A stretch of DNA of 64,000 nt from assembly GCF_009914755.1 (NCBI RefSeq), contig NC_060938.1. One strand, 5' to 3'. Positions 56,414 to 64,000 of the stretch are shown piece after piece. The DNA comes from the human T2T-CHM13v2.0 reference genome, Homo sapiens. Numbering within the stretch: position 1 is the stretch's first letter; every line of letters starts with the position of its first letter. A program made the position numbers and the translations under genes. The notes beneath the pieces were generated by a model. That model was not told where the DNA came from. It ran no database searches and saw nothing but the letters and a program-made list of their open reading frames with translations.

Positions 56414-56894
56414 TCTGAAAGGAAAACTAAAACTTCAGAACCCAGTTCACTATGCCAAAAAGGCAAAAAAAAAAAAAAAAAAAAAAAGCCAAAAGCTGAG
56501 TCATGCAAGAAGCTGACTTTCCTTTTGCTCCTAAGTAGATAGCTACAGATAAAAGGTTAAATAGCTCCACAGGTAGCTACTGTATGTTCACCTTATCTTA
56601 CGTAAACTGCTGATTTATTGAGCATGAGACAAATACGTAATTGACTATCCCCTACCTACTCCGTTTCCTTTGCAACATGTAGATTCAGTCATGTGACCAT
56701 ACACTGCCTTTCTCCTCTCCAGCCTACTTTTCCACTTTAAATATCAAAGCCCTCAAAATCATCTTTGGAGAAAGGCACAGACTAGCGACTGTTTCTGTGA
56801 TTTCGTGTCTTTTTACTTCCAGACATGTCCTTAACCTTGGCACAACAAATCTCTAAATCGATTGAGACCTGTCTCAGATACTTCTTGGTTTACA
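56414..56894 (+). mobile_element. MER4C-like ERV1 solo LTR (copy 2)
   Basis: Same family as 49092-49569; TSD aggt/agat. Confidence 0.8.
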
Positions 56895-57388
56895 AGATGG
56901 AGGCTGAAATTAAAGAGAAAGATCCTCACTCAACTCACAGAGGAGCAGAATGGGAAGAGGACTTAGTGAGAATTCCCTGAACACAGGAGAAAACCGAAGC
57001 CCAGAGAGTGGATGGCCAAGTCCAAGGTCACACAGCCAAGTGCATCCGAGCAGCGCAGGATCCAGGTTTCCTGCCCCAGTGCTCTTTCTGCAGCCCATGC
57101 CACCTGTTTTCATGCTATCTCAGTTCACCTTCCAGCTACACACCTGCAATCAGAAACAGAAAGTCTGAGAGTGTGTGTGGAGCCAAAGAGGGGACAGCAG
57201 TGGTGAGGCCAGTTTCATGTCTTGTGATTTATTTTCTCCCTTTCTTTTTGGACTTTAATCTTAAGTGGACAGCAATTTGGAACAGTGTCAGCACCTTGTT
57301 GGATTGTGCTGTTTGGGAGAGGTGACACAGAGTATTTTAAAAGAGCAGGTTAAGAACTTTTCACAAGGAATCAATTGAGAGAAAATAA

Positions 57389-57727
<339 letters not shown>

Positions 57728-58753
57728 TCAAACAAGCTTTTTAATTGCATTCAGAAGTGCACCAACTAGGCACAGACCTCTGGCATGGAGACAGAATGGG
57801 AGGTTCTTGGTGTCTGGCCTGGTCTTGCAGAAATCAGGGAGTTGCGGGGACCAGGCAGCCACTGTGCATCAGATAGGAGTTTCAGCAGCAGGCAACAGAA
57901 AGCCTGCCAATGTAGCTGAAATAAGAAGGGCTTATTTTTATCCCTGAACAGAAGCTTCCAGCACTGGTTCATCAGATCAGGGCACTGAGCTGGCATCCCC
58001 ATTTATACAGTTTTCCTTTCCTTCACCTTTGTAAGATGCCTGGCACAGCTCTGAGCATCAAATATCTGTGCCATGTGGGAGCACACGAGGGGACAAGTGG
58101 GGAATAGGGTCTCCTCTGTCCTCTGTCCCCAGGCTGGCTTCTCTCGTGGTAGAAGGACCCCCACAGCACCAGGCCTCATAACTACCCTGCTGGTAAACTG
58201 CAGGTGCTGTCACGGCTTCCTGCCTTCGTATATGAAATGTTCCTTGGCAGCTGGACTGCTGTTTGTTTACCGCACGCACAGCTCTGCTGCCTCTTGGTTA
58301 CACCAGTGAGCTATTGCTCCATGACAAGCCACACCGAAATGTAGCAAGCACTTATTGTTGCCCACATGTGTCAAGTCAGTTGAGTGTTTCTGCCAACCGG
58401 GGCCTGGCTTGGCCCACCTTGGCTGAGCTTGCTCTGGTGCTAGGGTCAGCTAGACAGGTCGGCAGGAGACCAGCTGCTCTAGAAGAGCCTGGACAGGATG
58501 AATTGGTTCTCCTTCCACGTGCATCTTGCATCCCTCCAGCCAAGGATTTGAACCCAGGTCTCGTCTGACTCCAAATGCACCAAGAGGATGGAGCCCAGAG
58601 TGACACAGAGGAAGAGGCCCCTGGATGGATGCATGGGGAAGGTGAGGCCTGGAGGTGATGTGCTTGAGATTACCAGGCTCTTCTGAACCTGGGGGACCTT
58701 CTCCTATGATAGCCCTGCTCCTCCAGACCCAGCAGGTGATTTCCCCAAAAGCC

Positions 58754-59753
<1,000 letters not shown>

Positions 59754-59889
59754 TCAACTCAATTCCACAGGTTTACTGGGTGTTGCCTCCCATGCTTGGA
59801 GCCAGGAGGATGCAGGGAAATGGGGCTGCCACCATACCCGCTCTTCTTATGATCCCATCACATCATTGCACCCTTTGGGGCCTGGCACC

Positions 59890-60070
59890 ATGCTCTGGCA
59901 CTTTGCCTCCATCATCTCCTTTAACCTCTGAGCTCTGTCAGGAAGGCATTACTACTATCCCTGGAATACAGACAGGAAAACTGAGTTGGATTGAGGCTCA
60001 GAGAGGTTAAGTCACTTACCCAAGGTCACAAAGCTAGAGAGTGGCAGGCCAGCATCCAAGGCCAGCAACA
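59890..60070 (-). mobile_element. MIR
   Basis: gaggctcagagaggttaagtcacttacccaaggtcaca. Confidence 0.8.
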
Positions 60071-60449
60071 CGAGCTCCCTCTGATCCAAATGGTGACTCT
60101 ATGTTTGATCAGTGCTCTGAGAACTCTCCAAAGATCTTTATCAACTGTCATCTCTTCATTGCCCAGGCCCAGTCAGGGAGCCACTTGGCTGCGGTCCCGC
60201 TGAGATTTAGGGGCAGGACCCCTGATGTGAGGTGGAATGCTTGGTCACGCTGTTCAAGCCTCCACCAGTCACTCCTGACTGGTTATGGACACTCAATGTG
60301 CCCCGTCCTGTGTGCAATGCAGTGTGGGAAGGGGATCAAGGACCTTGGCTAATCCCAGGCATTTCCCCAGAATGTCCCAGGTGTGGACCCCTTGGGAGGT
60401 GCTGGGAAGCAGGCTGGTGTCCCACAGGCCTTGGTTCCATCCCAGCTGT

Positions 60450-60890
60450 GCTGTGCTAAGCTGAAACTCTTTGGGCAGCTTGTTTCACCTCATGAGACTT
60501 CTTTTTCTGAACTGTTAAATGGGATGATTCGACCTCTGCTTGGCTTTTGGTGACGATTAAACGAGATATTAGCTGTAAAGCATTTCATCCCGGGTCTGGT
60601 ATAGAAGAAGCACTTGATAAATGAAAGCTCTGTTGAGTATGATGATCCGTCACCCCAGGCATCAGTGGGATCTCACAGCAGGAACAATGCCTAACTCCTA
60701 ACTGATGCCCAGTAAACATCGGGTGGATGCAATGTCCAACAAGACAGATATTCATGTTCAGTTTTACAGAAAAGGAGACAGAGGCCAGAAAAGGAAGAAA
60801 GTGCCCAGGTCAGCCGGCTAGTAAGAGGCAGAGTTGAAATTTGAACCGGGTTCTGGCTGGCTGCAGCTCCACTGCTCCACTACTGCACTG
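60450..60890. mobile_element. Two MIR fragments (+ ~60450-60630, - ~60740-60890)
   Basis: MIR core motifs on each strand. Confidence 0.55.
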
Positions 60891-61694
60891 TCTGAGAGCC
60901 AAAAGGCACCTTGTAGTCAGGCAGGCAGGGAGCTGGCTTCTTGCTGTCCTGCTGGATCCTGCCCTAGTGTGGCCCTCCCTGGAACCAGGGGTGGGGCTGG
61001 AGGGCAGGGCACTGAGAGAGATCTCCTGGGAACTGTACCATCTGCACAAAGGGCACCTGCTGGGCACTCTGCTGAAAGCTGTCTGCAAACACCACTTCCT
61101 GCCTGCCTCCCTGGGGGCTCTAAGCTCAGGAGGGGGTGAGGGCCCATGTCTGCACGTGGTGAGGCCCCTGCTGGGTATTGTACCACACCTTCATTGTGCT
61201 CAGGGTGGCCAGTGGAGGCCCTTCCCAGACTCGAGCTCTGGTCACAAGCCCAACCCCCTCCTTGCTCCTGTCTGGGCTCACCTGGAATCTCCTGCCTCAC
61301 TCTGTGGCCAGAGGCACCTTTGGAAGCCCAGGTCACCCCTACTACTCATGCCCCTCATTTGGAAATTTTCATAATCTACCTCTTGTTAATGATTCCATCC
61401 CATCTATAATGCTTTTCTATTTTTCTGAATTTTTCCCCGATAGGCTATAACTGCTGCAAAGATAGAGAATTGCAATGATTAATATGCATTTATGTATTTC
61501 CAAAAAGTTACCAGAATATCAAACTCATGATTTTGTCTATAGTTTGGTTAGATTCAAGCTATTTTTATATCATAAAACAACTTAAAATTTTTTTATTTTT
61601 AATTTTTGTGGGTGCAGAGTGATGTATTTATGGGGTACCCGAGATGTTAGAATGAAGCTATTAAATGTGAGTGTGAACGTTCACCTTTTTGCAG

Positions 61695-62066
61695 ATCACG
61701 GGAATTACAAGTGACATCCTGAAGTATGATCACAAATGTTTCAAATTAAGCCTTCCTGCTAAGTTTCCAGAGGTGTGTGGCTCGGACGAAGTGTTTCCAG
61801 ACCCTGATCTACTGCATGTCCTGCCTGTTGCTGGTTCTTTGCAGCAGTCCATTGACCAATGCTGTCTACAGCTTGAGAGCCTCTGCAGGCCAGGGCTGCT
61901 CTGTGCACATCCTACGTTACTATTCAAACTGCACAGCAGCATGAAAAACAGGCCCTTCTTTTCTCTCATTTACACATATGTGAAGAAGACACAGCAAGTG
62001 AGAAAACGTGACCGAAAGCCACGCGGACAGGTGGCCGCAGGGCCAAACCCAACTTCCGTGATGTGA
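61695..62066 (+). other. Candidate exon (lncRNA or de novo ORF)
   Basis: Acceptor ttcacctttttgcag|ATC at 61694/61695, then 123 sense codons to TGA in non-repeat DNA. Confidence 0.3.
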
Positions 62067-62950
62067 TCTGGCTACAGTTTGGAGCCCACATATTTCAATA
62101 GTTATCCCCAGGCCTGGCACGTCAAAGAGGCTCCAGAAATGTTTGCTGAGTGAGTGATGAATCAGCAATTTCTGATTTTCTCCTAAACTTAGAGAATAAG
62201 TGGCTTGTCTGCAGTCACCCAGGGCGTCCCTGACAGAGGTACAAGTAAAGCCCAGATCTCTGCATCTCTGGTTCAAGGCCTTTTGTACTACACACCGCTG
62301 TCTCTTTGTCATCATTAAAAGCAAGGCTCAAGGGACATGTTTTCTAGCCTTAGTTCCCCATCTACAAAATGGGCCTCATGGAATGGAATGTCTCCACTTC
62401 ACTCCAGCATCAACAAGTGGGGAATTCTGATGGATTCAATTCGACTTCTTTCCATGGGCGTGTTCTAAGCAGCCTCTTTGTTCCAGAAGCTGCCCTCAGC
62501 CAGAGTTGGATAAGCCAATCCTCACTCCCCAGCCTCCTCTGGATAGGGATGAAGACCCCACTGGGGTTGGAAGTGCAGAGGCAGACAGGTGTATGGAGTC
62601 ACCTGTAAATTGATTCAAGTGAGCCAGGAAAGCAGCAAAGGAAAGAGAAACCTGAGTGACGACGTGGTGGAGGAACAGGGCTGGAAAGAGGCTGCTGGCT
62701 GTCTGGCTTCGCAGCTCTGGCCTCCTAATCAGCCTCGCTCTTGTCTCTGGTGTTCTCTGGCTCTTGTCCATCTGTCTGTGTTTCTTTTTGCCAGCTATTG
62801 ACTAATCTTTGCTGAAGCTGAGCTAGAATTCTGGTGTTTATAAGCAGGTAACTAGCTGAGCACTAGTTGATAACTTTGGAGTTAGTGGATAACCACAGGG
62901 CTGGGCTACTAAGCTTTTTCAGTTGAAAAATAAATAAATAAATAAATAAA

Positions 62951-63097
62951 CACCACACCCAGCTAATTTTTGTATTTTTAGTAGAGACAGGGTTTCACCG
63001 TGTTAGCCAGGATGGACTCCATCTCCTGACCTCGTGATCCGCCTACCTCGGCCTCCCAAAGTGCTGGGATTACAGGCGTGAGCCACCACGCCCGGTC
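62951..63097 (-). mobile_element. AluY/Sc left arm only
   Basis: Right arm missing; abuts (AAAT)n run 62926-62950. Confidence 0.9.
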
Positions 63098-63100
63098 ACC

Positions 63101-63226
63101 TTTGTCCTGTTTTCTACAGGTTAGAAGCAAGGCACAAGTCATACCTACATTCAAGGAGAGGGGACCATGCAAAGGATAAACTGCAGGTGAAGAACTTGAG
63201 AGCTATTTTAGAAGCTGCCTTCCACA
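63101..63226 (-). mobile_element. MLT1F-like LTR fragment
   Basis: ggttagaagcaag...cattcaaggagagggg...agaagctgccttccaca. Confidence 0.6.
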
Positions 63227-64000
63227 CTTTACAATCTACTTTGCAGCTATACTGAGCTCTTAGCAACTCCCTGGGCCTGCTGAGCACCTCTTGCCTTTCT
63301 GCCTTTGCGTATGCTGTTCCCTCTGCCTGGAATTCCATGTCTTCTGCCTTTGCCCACCTCATCTTAAGGCCTCTGCTTAGATGCAATTTCTTTGGGCTCT
63401 TATTAGCAGCATCCAAATCTGTGCTGGTTTCTTCTCACGCTTACTCTGCATCATAATTTTTCTGTTTACTCGTTAATCCCCTCCCACTCCTGCCAGTACC
63501 TAAAGTAAAATCTACACGGGCTTGGCACATTGTGGATGCTCAATGAAGATTTGTTAAATGAGTGAATGATTAAATGAAATAAGCCCCAGCTTGGAACCCA
63601 GAGCTGTAATTTCCGGTTGTGGTCCCTGTCCCCTGCCCAGGGGCTGTCTAAGGGCTCATCTCTCCCAGGAGCCCCTGTATCATCTCAGTAACTAGACCAG
63701 TACCATATCCGACTTCCCCTGACTTTGAAATAATTTTCACCTGCAATCAGGTGCGCTTCCCTAGAACCTCTCTCGCTGTTCTTTGCCTTTCTCCTTCCCC
63801 CGCCTTGTATCTCCGTGGTCCTGCCAAAAATCAGAAGCTCATTATTAAACCAGAAGCTTCCTTGCATTATCCCAGAGACTACAGACAGAAAATATTTGCT
63901 TCTATCTCAACTGAGGACTGACATAGTAAAGACTCCTTGAGATGTTAGCTGTCAAGGAGGGGAATAAAAGTTTTTCATCTGCATGAGTAATTGTTTCCTG

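Noticed and set aside
60810-61450. Cluster of 87-177 aa ORFs
   Set aside because: Mostly non-ATG starts, GC-rich, open in several frames, no homology recognised

Overview
This is primate (almost certainly human) non-coding DNA, intergenic or deep intronic, and I could not name the locus from sequence alone. I find no credible protein-coding gene, tRNA/rRNA or prokaryote-type system. Nearly all listed ORFs are short chance frames, many starting at GTG/TTG or lying in repeats. Much of the window is transposon-derived: about 23 Alu/FLAM pieces, many MIR and L2 relics, L1M fragments, hAT-Charlie MITEs (MER5A, MER58A/B), and about 20 solo LTRs (LTR8, LTR47, LTR33, LTR12, LTR51-like, MER4B, two MER4C-like, LTR32, THE1B/D, MSTA, MLT1, MLT2), many with visible target-site duplications (TSDs). 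The most interesting signals are: (1) a CpG-enriched ETS-site cluster at ~14.0-14.7 kb that looks like a TATA-less promoter/enhancer with splice signals; (2) an ERV9 LTR12 that lost its U3 enhancer but kept the core promoter; (3) an old templated insertion that copied the end of an MLT2 LTR plus its flank into a younger Alu; (4) a head-to-head Alu pair only ~24 bp apart; (5) template-switch hairpin/palindrome scars; (6) candidate + strand exons near 61.7-62.85 kb, one with a 123-codon open frame in unique sequence. Subfamily names come from recalled consensus sequences and need RepeatMasker/Dfam confirmation. Ends of old repeats are approximate.
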